Source of the DNA: Steroidobacteraceae bacterium | Lineage (GTDB): Bacteria > Pseudomonadota > Gammaproteobacteria > Steroidobacterales > Steroidobacteraceae | NCBI GenBank assembly: GCA_035621995.1 | Contig: DASPWF010000009.1 | Location: 9,945-73,944, forward strand | Length of the DNA: 64,000 nucleotides | Direction of reading: 5' to 3' | In this document: piece by piece, positions 54,148 through 61,824 of the stretch | Position numbering within the stretch: position 1 is the first letter of the stretch | Layout: every line of letters starts with the position of its first letter | Made by a program: the position numbers and the translations under genes | The notes under the pieces: model-generated | The model's database searches: none | The model's input: the letters and a program-made list of their open reading frames with translations, nothing else | What the model was told of the DNA's origin: nothing

Positions 54148-55065
54148 GTGCCCGGAGAAAAACACGCGTCCGCTACCGCCAAAGCCACGCCGGCGGAGTA
54201 CAGCGACGGGCATCCGCTCGATGTCATCCAGTATCTGGAAGCGAAGCTGATTCTCAAGCCTGATCGATTCACTTCGGTAGAAAGCTTTCGGGAATTCGGC
54301 AGGCTCGTTGCGCGTGCGGCCAAAAAAACTGAGAAGGTTGACTTCATAGCCGATGCCGAGGCGAGCCGCGGACCGAAAATCAGAGAAGTCATCTTTCTCG
54401 ACACCCCCGACTTTCGCCTTTACAAGAACGCTTTCATTCTCCGCCGTCGCGTAACCTACGTTGACGGCTTTCCGCAGGGGGACCCCGAGATCGTCTTCAA
54501 GTTCCGCCATCCCGACGAAATGGCCGCTGCAGCGGTAGACGTCCGACCGAATATCTCGGGAAAGTACCAGATCAAGTTCAAGGTGGAGGCCCTGCCTCTC
54601 AAGGATCAGATCGGCGGATACCGGCTCCTCTACTCCCACAATTGCCAGTTCGGCCTGAGTCAGGCACACGAGTCTGACCGCATGGCCATGAGAACCTTGG
54701 CTCACGTCTTTCCGGCCCTCGCCAAGCTCAAGAAGAGCCCCGATGAGAAAGTGACGCTCGTCAACGAAGGGATCGTCGAGGAGGTCCTGTTGCCACTTGG
54801 TCAGATTGATTTTCACAAAGGTCAGGTGGCGAAGTGCGACATCTCGCTCTGGCGTACCCGCGGCGAGCACAAGCCCCTCGTCGGAGAGTTCGCGTTTCAA
54901 GGCAGGTTTGATCGTCGGGAAGACGTACACGATAACGCCAAGAGGCGGGCCGAGCAGTTCTTCATCTCACTGCAGCGGGATGTGCAAGACTGGCTCGCGC
55001 TCGGCTGCACCAAGACCGGCATGGTCTACCGTCTGAACGGCAACGAGCCGCAGGCCCATGAGTGA
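54148..55065 (+). CDS. CYTH/triphosphate-tunnel-like hypothetical protein (305 aa)
   Basis: I take the GTG at 54148, which has GGAGG 5 nt upstream. IQYLEAKLILK is the strand-1 position of the ExExK motif and is degenerate here. VIFLDTPDFRLYKNAFILRRR resembles the CYTH YFDTPD..L....LRIR block. Alternating charged beta-strands are present (EIVFKFRH, QIKFKVE, GEFAFQ). Its stop overlaps the next ATG by 8 nt. Confidence 0.5.
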   Translation: MPGEKHASATAKATPAEYSDGHPLDVIQYLEAKLILKPDRFTSVESFREFGRLVARAAKKTEKVDFIADAEASRGPKIREVIFLDTPDFRLYKNAFILRRRVTYVDGFPQGDPEIVFKFRHPDEMAAAAVDVRPNISGKYQIKFKVEALPLKDQIGGYRLLYSHNCQFGLSQAHESDRMAMRTLAHVFPALAKLKKSPDEKVTLVNEGIVEEVLLPLGQIDFHKGQVAKCDISLWRTRGEHKPLVGEFAFQGRFDRREDVHDNAKRRAEQFFISLQRDVQDWLALGCTKTGMVYRLNGNEPQAHE

Positions 55066-55684
55066 ATCTGGCCCGTCCGCGATCCCCACCGAGAGTCGCA
55101 CGGCGATTGCCGCATCACCGAACGGCGTCAGCACCGCGCAGATCTTTCGCGAGTTCCTGCTGATCGGTGCTACCAGCTTCGGCGGGGGTGTAGTGGCGTA
55201 TCTGCGCAACGGTCTGGTGACAAGGCGCCAGTGGGTGGACGACAAGGAGTTTGTCGAACTGCTCTCGATCAGCCAGACCCTTCCGGGTCTGAATGCCACC
55301 AACATGGCGATTCTTGTCGGCGACAGGCTGCGCGGCGCGATGGGCGCGCTCGCCGCCATCTGTGGCATCTGTCTGCCGGGCGCCGCACTGATGTACCTCG
55401 TTGCAATGGTCTACGCCGCTCACGGCGATCACCCGCTGGCCACCGCGGCGCTCAAGGGTGTGGCGGCGGCGGCAGTAGGTCTGGTGCTGGCGACGTGCGT
55501 TCAATTGGGCAAGAAGTCACTGAGCAACACCTACGACCTCATCTTCGTTGCGTTGACCGTTCTTGGTGTGAACCGCCTGCACCAATCGGTTCTTACCGTA
55601 CTCGCCGTCGTCGGCATCGTGGCGATTCTCTGGTACCGCCCAAAAAAGACGCCGGACAAGCGCGCAACCTCATGGACCAAATAG
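55058..55684 (+). CDS. Chromate-transporter (CHR) family protein, short-chain, N-half type
   Basis: It is 208 aa. FREFLLIGATSFGGGVVAYLRNGLVTRRQWVDDKEFVELLSISQTLPGLNATNMAI is the CHR signature. Confidence 0.85.
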   Translation: MSESGPSAIPTESRTAIAASPNGVSTAQIFREFLLIGATSFGGGVVAYLRNGLVTRRQWVDDKEFVELLSISQTLPGLNATNMAILVGDRLRGAMGALAAICGICLPGAALMYLVAMVYAAHGDHPLATAALKGVAAAAVGLVLATCVQLGKKSLSNTYDLIFVALTVLGVNRLHQSVLTVLAVVGIVAILWYRPKKTPDKRATSWTK

Positions 55685-56199
55685 TTGCCTTACTGCGCGT
55701 CTTCGCCTATCTGTCCCTCCTGACGGTCGGGGGCGGAATGGCGGCCTTTCCGGAGATGAAGGTCCTCACGGTCGACGTACATCACTGGTTGACTTTCCCT
55801 CAATTGATTCACTTGTACAGTGTGGGCCAGATGGCACCGGGCCCAAACATGATGATGATCGTCGCGATCGGCGAGTGGGTCGCCGGAGTGCTCGGAGCGG
55901 TCGTTGTCCTGCTCGCCTTCTTCGCGCCGACCGCATGTCTTGCCTTCTACACGGGGCGGCTATGGAAGCGGCTGGAAAAGTGGCCGTGGCGGACTTCAAT
56001 CCAACGCGGACTCGCGCCGGTATCAATTGGCCTTCTTCTGGCCGGCTGCTTCACATTGGCAAAGGGTGCAATTTTTGGCCTGGACACCGCGGCGATAGCG
56101 GTCGCAGTCCTCTTGATACTGCTGCAGTACCGGGTCAATCCGGCGCTGCTGGTCTTGGCGGGCGCCGTCGTTGGCGCGCTCTCGTTTGTGCCGAAGTGA
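55672..56199 (+). CDS. Chromate-transporter (CHR) family protein, short-chain, C-half type
   Basis: I take the ATG at 55672, which overlaps the previous gene by 13 nt. The sequence reads LRVFAYLSLLTVGGGMAAFPEM...FPQLIHLYSVGQMAPGPNMMM. Confidence 0.85.
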   Translation: MDQIVALLRVFAYLSLLTVGGGMAAFPEMKVLTVDVHHWLTFPQLIHLYSVGQMAPGPNMMMIVAIGEWVAGVLGAVVVLLAFFAPTACLAFYTGRLWKRLEKWPWRTSIQRGLAPVSIGLLLAGCFTLAKGAIFGLDTAAIAVAVLLILLQYRVNPALLVLAGAVVGALSFVPK

Positions 56200-56232
56200 C
56201 CGCCCATCGCGTCGGGGCAACAACCATCGCGT

Positions 56233-56703
56233 TCATTGTTCCTCGGTGCGGCGCGTCACCTGTAGCGCGACCGCAAGCCAGCGCCCGTTCTGACGGATGT
56301 ATACCTCGGTGAACCGGTAAGCGCCGTTGAAATCCCTGTCGTGTTGCTGCCTGGTGAGCACCGAGCGACCGGTTACTACTGCGGCATCGCCATAGACCCG
56401 GACGTTCAAGTCCTCTTTTTGTATGTATCGATACTCAGCTTTGCGCCTGGCAAGCCATTCGAGAGTCTCCCGCTTGCTATGCAGGTCTCCATTCTCGGAA
56501 ATGACGGTGTAGTCGTCGCTCGTCATTCTGTCGAACGTCGAGACGTCTCCGCGAAAGATGACTTCACTGAAGGTCTTCTCCAGAGCTCTGATCTCCTCAA
56601 CCGAATCTCTCGCCGTAGCCTCCGAACTCACGCGCTGCGCCCAAAGTGCAGCTGATAACACAGTGATCACTGCCAGAAGTACGGGAACCACGCGCCGCTG
56701 CAT
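56233..56703 (-). CDS. NTF2-like (DUF4440/SnoaL-like) protein with a signal/anchor
   Basis: It is 156 aa. The sequence reads IRALEKTFSEVIFRGDVSTFDRMTSDDYTVISENGDLHSK...VRVYGDAAVVTGR...FTEVYIRQNGRWLAVALQVT. Confidence 0.7.
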   Translation of the reverse strand: MQRRVVPVLLAVITVLSAALWAQRVSSEATARDSVEEIRALEKTFSEVIFRGDVSTFDRMTSDDYTVISENGDLHSKRETLEWLARRKAEYRYIQKEDLNVRVYGDAAVVTGRSVLTRQQHDRDFNGAYRFTEVYIRQNGRWLAVALQVTRRTEEQ

Positions 56704-56908
56704 CGTTCTGCCTCCCTACCATCGCCTCGTCATTGCATCTTTCTTTCGGCGCTTTCGCAAGCAATTGGCGCGTTCGCCGCGCGCGCCGCTCGCAGCGCAA
56801 TCGGGTGGTGCGGGCGTTAACGACGGCGCACGCGGCGCCGCCACATCTGATCACCTGGGTTAAGCTGCCGCTTGGGGCGGATGCAAATGACAGCCGGCTA
56901 GCCGAACT

Positions 56909-58180
56909 ATGTACTCCTGGCGTTTTTTGCGGCGCTCTCTGATCGTCGCCGCGACCGCTACCGCGCTGCCTTTCGCTGCGGCGAATGGCGCGCCGGCCTC
57001 CGGCAAGGGGCTGCTCGGCGTGGCCGTTGCCAACCCGTCTCCCCCGGCCCAGGGCGCGCTGATCGCCCGGCTTCTGCCGGAAGGCTCGGCCGCGCGCGCC
57101 GGCCTGCGGCTGCAGGATCTGATCATGCAGGCCGACTCGCAGGCGATCCTGTCGGCCTCGGACCTGACCGCGTACGTGGCAACCCGGCGCGCGGGCGACC
57201 GCATTACTCTTACCGTGATGCGCCCCAATGGTGCGTCGCTCGGGCGCGTGCAGGTCACTGCCACGCTCGATCCGGCGCCCATTTCGGACAATCTGGCTGG
57301 AGCCAGCTCGCCGCAAAACGGTCCCCCGCCCACGCACGCCTCGGCGCCCGCAGGAGCGCCGCCACGAGGGCTAACCCACGTCTCTTGGACCACCTTTACC
57401 GATCCGTACGAAAATGCGTTCAGCATCGAGGTTCCGCAAGGCTGGAGGGTTGCGGGCGGCGTCATCCGCAAAACTCCGCTGTGGCCCGCCATGGTGCTGC
57501 GGGTCCTATCGCCCGAGCGACGCACGCTACTCGCCGTCGGCGACCCGGATAGCGTTCCCTATAGCGCCCCGATCGCGGCTCGCGATTACGTCCGCCGCTT
57601 CACCGAAAGCGCGATGAGCCCGGCATGTTCGGGCCTGAAGATTGTCGCTGTCGCTGACTTGCCGGACGTCGAGCGGTTTGCCAGCTCCAATTCGCTCGGG
57701 CCATACAATCAGTGGAGCGCCGCTCAAGCTACATTCACCTGCAACGGCGATCGACAGACCGGCATGGCCGGACAGGCAATTGCCGTGCTGCAATACATGA
57801 CCACACTGCGCAGTGGACACGCACAGATTCTCGCGGCTTTCGTGACGACGACCGGGCAAGAGAACGCGGCCGACGAGCTGTTGAATCATATGATCGCCAC
57901 TCTGCGCCAAAACCCGGAGTGGTCGGCGCGGCAGCAGCAGATGGCGCAGCAGCTCGCCAACGGCGCGATGGCCCGCTGGCAGGGCGAGCAACGGCAATTC
58001 CAGCAGATGGACGATGCAATCACCAACACTGCGCATTTCGTCGCGCCCGACGGGCGGCGCTACGATCTCGATGCCAGGCCTCGCTACCAGTGGCTCGCCC
58101 CTGACGGCAAAACGGTCGGCACCGACACGCCGACGCCGCCCTCCCCCGGCTCGCAGGCTCTGCAGCGACTGGGCGAATGA
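56909..58180 (+). CDS. Secreted PDZ-domain protein with an unknown about 270-aa C-terminal domain
   Basis: A signal peptide is present. GLLGVAVAN...GALIARLLPEGSAARAGLRLQDLIMQADSQAI.SASDLTAYVATRRAGDRITLTVMR is a PDZ domain. A Pro-rich linker follows, then an unrecognised domain. Confidence 0.7.
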   Translation: MYSWRFLRRSLIVAATATALPFAAANGAPASGKGLLGVAVANPSPPAQGALIARLLPEGSAARAGLRLQDLIMQADSQAILSASDLTAYVATRRAGDRITLTVMRPNGASLGRVQVTATLDPAPISDNLAGASSPQNGPPPTHASAPAGAPPRGLTHVSWTTFTDPYENAFSIEVPQGWRVAGGVIRKTPLWPAMVLRVLSPERRTLLAVGDPDSVPYSAPIAARDYVRRFTESAMSPACSGLKIVAVADLPDVERFASSNSLGPYNQWSAAQATFTCNGDRQTGMAGQAIAVLQYMTTLRSGHAQILAAFVTTTGQENAADELLNHMIATLRQNPEWSARQQQMAQQLANGAMARWQGEQRQFQQMDDAITNTAHFVAPDGRRYDLDARPRYQWLAPDGKTVGTDTPTPPSPGSQALQRLGE

Positions 58181-58285
58181 AGGCACTCTCAGCACTGCTG
58201 ACGCCCGGGTGAACAGCGAGCGCAGGGCGGCCGCTGATCTTGCGGCGGCATGCCGCAGCCAGACGCCGCATGGCGTGCAGTGGTT

Positions 58286-59974
58286 TTAGCGCTGCAGCAA
58301 TTCGACGATCGGGCCCATGGCGAGCGCAGGCAGAAAGCTCACGGCAGCCGTGAGCAAGATCGTGCCCAGCAACAGCAGTCCAAACGTTGGCGTATCGATG
58401 GGCAGCGTGCCGGCGGAGGGGACGACGCGCCGTTGACCAGCGAAGAATCCTGCCGCCAGCAGGGCCAGCACCGCAAGTCCGTATCGACCGGCGAGCATCG
58501 CGACGATTGTGGTGGTGTTGTAGAAAACGTTGTTCGCATCGAGCCCGCTCAGCGCGAGGCCGTTGTTCGCCACACAGGAAGCGTAGGCGAACACGATCTC
58601 TGTGAACCCCCGCGGCCCGGGGTTAAGACCCACGGCCGCACGACCGGCATGCGTGAGCACCGCGAAAGCAGTCAACACCAGCACGACCATGGGGCCGGTG
58701 AGAACGTAGAGGGCGATCCAGCGCGTTTCGGCGACCGTCACCTTCTTCCCGAGGTATTCGGGCGTGCGCCCGATCATCAACGCGCCCAAGAATGCAGCAA
58801 CCAGCGCCATCATCGCCATACTGTAAACACCGGTGCCGAGCCCACCGAAAACCACCTCGCCGAGCAGTAGGAAGGTGAGCGGCACGAGCACGCCCAGCGG
58901 CCGATATGAATCGTGTTGGGCGTTGTACGAGCCAGTGGAGGTATTCGACGTGACGACGGTGGTCAGTGTCGATTCGCCGATGCCGAAGCGCACCTCCTTG
59001 CCCTCCATGTTCCCACCGACGAGGTGCAGGTCAGCGAGACGGGGCGGCGTTGCTCGCTCGGCGTGATCACACACTGCCAGTCCGCCGACGAATAACACTA
59101 CCATTACAGACAGCAGCAGCCAGCCTGCGCGCAAGCGCTGCGTCAACTGACCCAGTGTGATCATGAGAGCGGCGGGCAGTGCGCAGATCGCGAGCATGCC
59201 GATGAAGTTCGTCAGAGGTGTCGGGTTGGCGTATGGATGCGCCCCGTTGGCGTTGAAGAAACCCCCGCCATTGGTGCCGAGGTTCTTGATGAATTCCAGC
59301 GCGGCGACCGGCCCCTGCGCGATGAGCTGCGTGCGCCCCTCGAGCGTGTGCGCCAGCGTGTAGGGCGACAGGTTCAGCGGGACGCCTTGCCAGACCAGCA
59401 GCAGGCTTCCGACGAGGCTCAGCGGTAAAAGGACCCACAGCAGTGACCGCACCAGGTCCACCCAGAAGTTGCCGATCGTCGCCGCGGTCTGCCGCGCGAT
59501 GCCGCGAATGAAGGCGAATCCCACAGCGAGTCCCGCGGCCCCCGCGAGAAAGTTCTGGGCGACCAAACCGGTCACCTGGGACAGGTAACGCAAGGTGTTC
59601 TCGCCCGCATAGGCCTGCCACGTCGTAGTCGTGGTGAAGCTGACGGCGGTATTCGCCGCGAGGTCCACCGTCATCGGCGTCGTCAGATAGACATCCGAAG
59701 GTCCCCCCGGCAGCGCACGTTGCAACATCAGGATGAGAAACAAAAATACGGCGCAGCCTGCTCCGAATGCCACGAAGCAGACCGCATACGTGACTGCAGA
59801 CATTTCCTGACCGGCTTGCACTCCAAGTAGACGGTAGAGTGTCGATTCGATGGGCTGCAGCAGCGGATCGAGAAACGTGCGTCGGCGCTCGCACACACAC
59901 GTGAGATACGTACCGAGCGGTGAGGCCAGCGCGAGCACCGTGCCGATGAACGCCGTATATTCCAGCCAGCTCAT
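58286..59974 (-). CDS. kdpA: Potassium-transporting ATPase subunit A
   Basis: It is 562 aa and colinear with E. coli KdpA as I recall it. The matching blocks are NTAVSFTTTTTWQAYAGE, NLGTNGGGFFNANGAHPYANPTPLTNF, NMEGKEVRFG, GEVVFGGLGTGVY and IGRTPEYLGKK. Confidence 0.92.
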   Translation of the reverse strand: MSWLEYTAFIGTVLALASPLGTYLTCVCERRRTFLDPLLQPIESTLYRLLGVQAGQEMSAVTYAVCFVAFGAGCAVFLFLILMLQRALPGGPSDVYLTTPMTVDLAANTAVSFTTTTTWQAYAGENTLRYLSQVTGLVAQNFLAGAAGLAVGFAFIRGIARQTAATIGNFWVDLVRSLLWVLLPLSLVGSLLLVWQGVPLNLSPYTLAHTLEGRTQLIAQGPVAALEFIKNLGTNGGGFFNANGAHPYANPTPLTNFIGMLAICALPAALMITLGQLTQRLRAGWLLLSVMVVLFVGGLAVCDHAERATPPRLADLHLVGGNMEGKEVRFGIGESTLTTVVTSNTSTGSYNAQHDSYRPLGVLVPLTFLLLGEVVFGGLGTGVYSMAMMALVAAFLGALMIGRTPEYLGKKVTVAETRWIALYVLTGPMVVLVLTAFAVLTHAGRAAVGLNPGPRGFTEIVFAYASCVANNGLALSGLDANNVFYNTTTIVAMLAGRYGLAVLALLAAGFFAGQRRVVPSAGTLPIDTPTFGLLLLGTILLTAAVSFLPALAMGPIVELLQR

Positions 59975-59987
59975 GGCGTCGGCAGGC

Positions 59988-60692
59988 TCATCGCGCCGCT
60001 GGCAACCCCACTGTGGGCTGCTGCTGCAGACGAACCAGTGCCAGATTGAGCTCTAGCACGGACACGCGCGGATCGCCGAGGAGCCCGAGCTGCGGTTGCA
60101 CTACGTGCTGTGCGACCAGCCGTCGGACCGCGTCCTCCTCGAGTTTGCGCACCTTGGCGACGCGCGCGACCTGAAGGAACGCGTTGGCGGGACTGATATC
60201 CGGATCGAGCCCGCTACCCGAACGCGTCACGGCATCGATCGGAATTGGAGCGTCGGCGGCGAGTCCGTTGCGCCGACGGTACTGCGCGGCAAGCGCGCGG
60301 GCCCCCGCGAAACCCGCCGCGCCCTCCTTGAGCCTGGGATTGTCGGGCGCAAGGTTGGTGGCGCCCGATGCCGTGCCGTCGTAACCGTTGCCGGCCGCTG
60401 ACGGTCGAGGCTGGAACCACTCTGGCCCGGTAAAGTCCTGCCCGATCAGCCTGGAGCCGACTACGGTTCCGTGAAGGAGCGTCAGACTTCCGCCAGCTTG
60501 GTCTGGAAACAGGATTCCGCCGATCGCGAACAGGACCAGCGGGAATAGACCGCCCGTCACGAGACTGAGGACGAGCACGCTTAGGATCGCAGAGCGCAAC
60601 TGCTGCGCGAGCCGCACCTCCGTAGTCGCTGGAGCGGCCGAAGCGGATAGCTCCCTGCTCGCTCGATCTGCCTGACTGCTGCGGACACTCAA
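59988..60692 (-). CDS. kdpC: Potassium-transporting ATPase subunit C
   Basis: The matching blocks are LVTGGLFPLVLFAIG...GSRLIGQDFTGPEWFQPRPSA...SGATNLAPDNP...DAVTRSGSGLDPDISPANA..QV.RVAK.R...VSVLELNLAL. The track start is a TTG at 60692. The true start is probably about 25-30 codons downstream and is uncertain. Confidence 0.85.
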   Translation of the reverse strand: MSVRSSQADRASRELSASAAPATTEVRLAQQLRSAILSVLVLSLVTGGLFPLVLFAIGGILFPDQAGGSLTLLHGTVVGSRLIGQDFTGPEWFQPRPSAAGNGYDGTASGATNLAPDNPRLKEGAAGFAGARALAAQYRRRNGLAADAPIPIDAVTRSGSGLDPDISPANAFLQVARVAKVRKLEEDAVRRLVAQHVVQPQLGLLGDPRVSVLELNLALVRLQQQPTVGLPAAR

Positions 60693-60772
60693 GTCCGCAG
60701 GCTACCGAAATTGAGGTTAGAGCAGCGTGAGCAAACCGCGCCGTCCCCGTCAAAGATTTGCGCTGGCAACCC

Positions 60773-61339
60773 CTATCGCGCCGAATTCCCCTTGGTTCGG
60801 CTCCTCTCCCGGCACACAATGGGCTTATTTTCAAGAAGGTACGGCGGGTTTTTCTCTAGATCTGGCGACCGTACCTCGAGGCGATTGCACCGACCGTCCG
60901 GTTCGGTCCATTCATAAACCGCCTGCATTGGCTCCCTTTCACACCTTATCCAAGTGCCATCCCCGAACTGAACTTCCCAGAAGGTCTTGCCACCGATGGT
61001 GAGGCCGCTACGGACGAAGGCGCGACCCCACCAGATGGCGAAACGTCCGGTTAGATCGAAAGCAAGCTCTTTGGCCGCGTTGCCGAACAGGATCGCCGTG
61101 AGGCCCGCGGCTACTAGCTGAATAACCGCGGCAGTGATGTTCGGCAACAGTCCGTCCCGCAGCTCTGTTCGCAGACTCGCTACAATCACGAAACAGCCGA
61201 TAACGCGACAGAGATTCGCGAGTCGTGAACCCGCAGCGGGACGGAGCGTCAGCAGCAGGAATTCGTGGACGAACCACTTCAGCGCTCGCAACACTCCGGT
61301 AGCCAGCGGTGTCAGTAGACGCGGGACAAGAACCGTCAT
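60773..61339 (-). CDS. Hypothetical membrane protein (188 aa) in a lower-GC segment
   Basis: It has an ATG start, about 3 TM segments and then a soluble tail with 3 Cys. Codon position 3 is visibly less G/C-rich than in neighbouring genes. Confidence 0.5.
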   Translation of the reverse strand: MTVLVPRLLTPLATGVLRALKWFVHEFLLLTLRPAAGSRLANLCRVIGCFVIVASLRTELRDGLLPNITAAVIQLVAAGLTAILFGNAAKELAFDLTGRFAIWWGRAFVRSGLTIGGKTFWEVQFGDGTWIRCEREPMQAVYEWTEPDGRCNRLEVRSPDLEKNPPYLLENKPIVCRERSRTKGNSAR

Positions 61340-61415
61340 GTGCCGAAAACTCGGGCGACAGCAACCCGCCGTCGGCTCAGCGCCTCACCCACCCCGTTTC
61401 AGCACCTAGCCCCGC

Positions 61416-61450
61416 CCACGCGGTTGATCAGGCAACCCACGGGGTTGATC
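61416..61450. promoter_or_regulatory. Two 14-bp direct repeats phased 21 bp apart, each containing TGATCA
   Basis: cacgcggttgatca lies at 61416..61429 and cacggggttgatca at 61437..61450 (13/14 identical). They lie 77-111 nt upstream of the 188-aa gene. Confidence 0.4.
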
Positions 61451-61824
61451 ACTTGTTCGTTGGGGGAACTTCTTGGAATACTGCCGCGCCCGCCACTGAT
61501 GTGTCAGGCGAGAATCGACGCTGACCGGAGGCGACCGTGGGCGCCACGCGTCATTACGCGAGGACGCATCCTTCGAGTGCCACGTCGCCGCCACGAAATA
61601 AAGCGTGAATAGAGCTCCAAGCACGCAAAAAGCGACGGGTATATTGCCCATGACGGTTCACGCGGACTTCGCGTTTCTGCAAGTTCGAAGACTAATGCGC
61701 GGTGTGTTATGAACGGATTAGGAAACGCGTGGTCCCTCTCGCTAAGACCTGCGCTCGCGCCAGCAACGCAGCTACAGCACGCGGGGAAGCCGATGTACCG
61801 GCACCCGGTAACGGTGAGCGGCTC

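Noticed and set aside
54088-54930. A 280-aa minus-strand ORF that looks unusually protein-like (Leu/Glu/Asp/Val-rich).
   Set aside because: It mirrors the Lys/Glu/Phe-rich plus-strand CYTH-like gene. That gene has a GGAGG-GTG start, a recognisable LDTPD...LRRR block and translational coupling to the downstream CHR genes. The minus ORF has no SD sequence and no motifs.
61406-61651. An 81-aa minus-strand ORF with a hydrophobic N-terminus (MGNIPVAFCVLGALFTLYFVAATW), considered as a KdpF-like or small membrane peptide.
   Set aside because: Its C-terminal half is just the translation of the two 14-bp direct repeats (DQPRGLPDQPRG). It is separated from kdpC by another gene and has no SD sequence. 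A short peptide product cannot be excluded.
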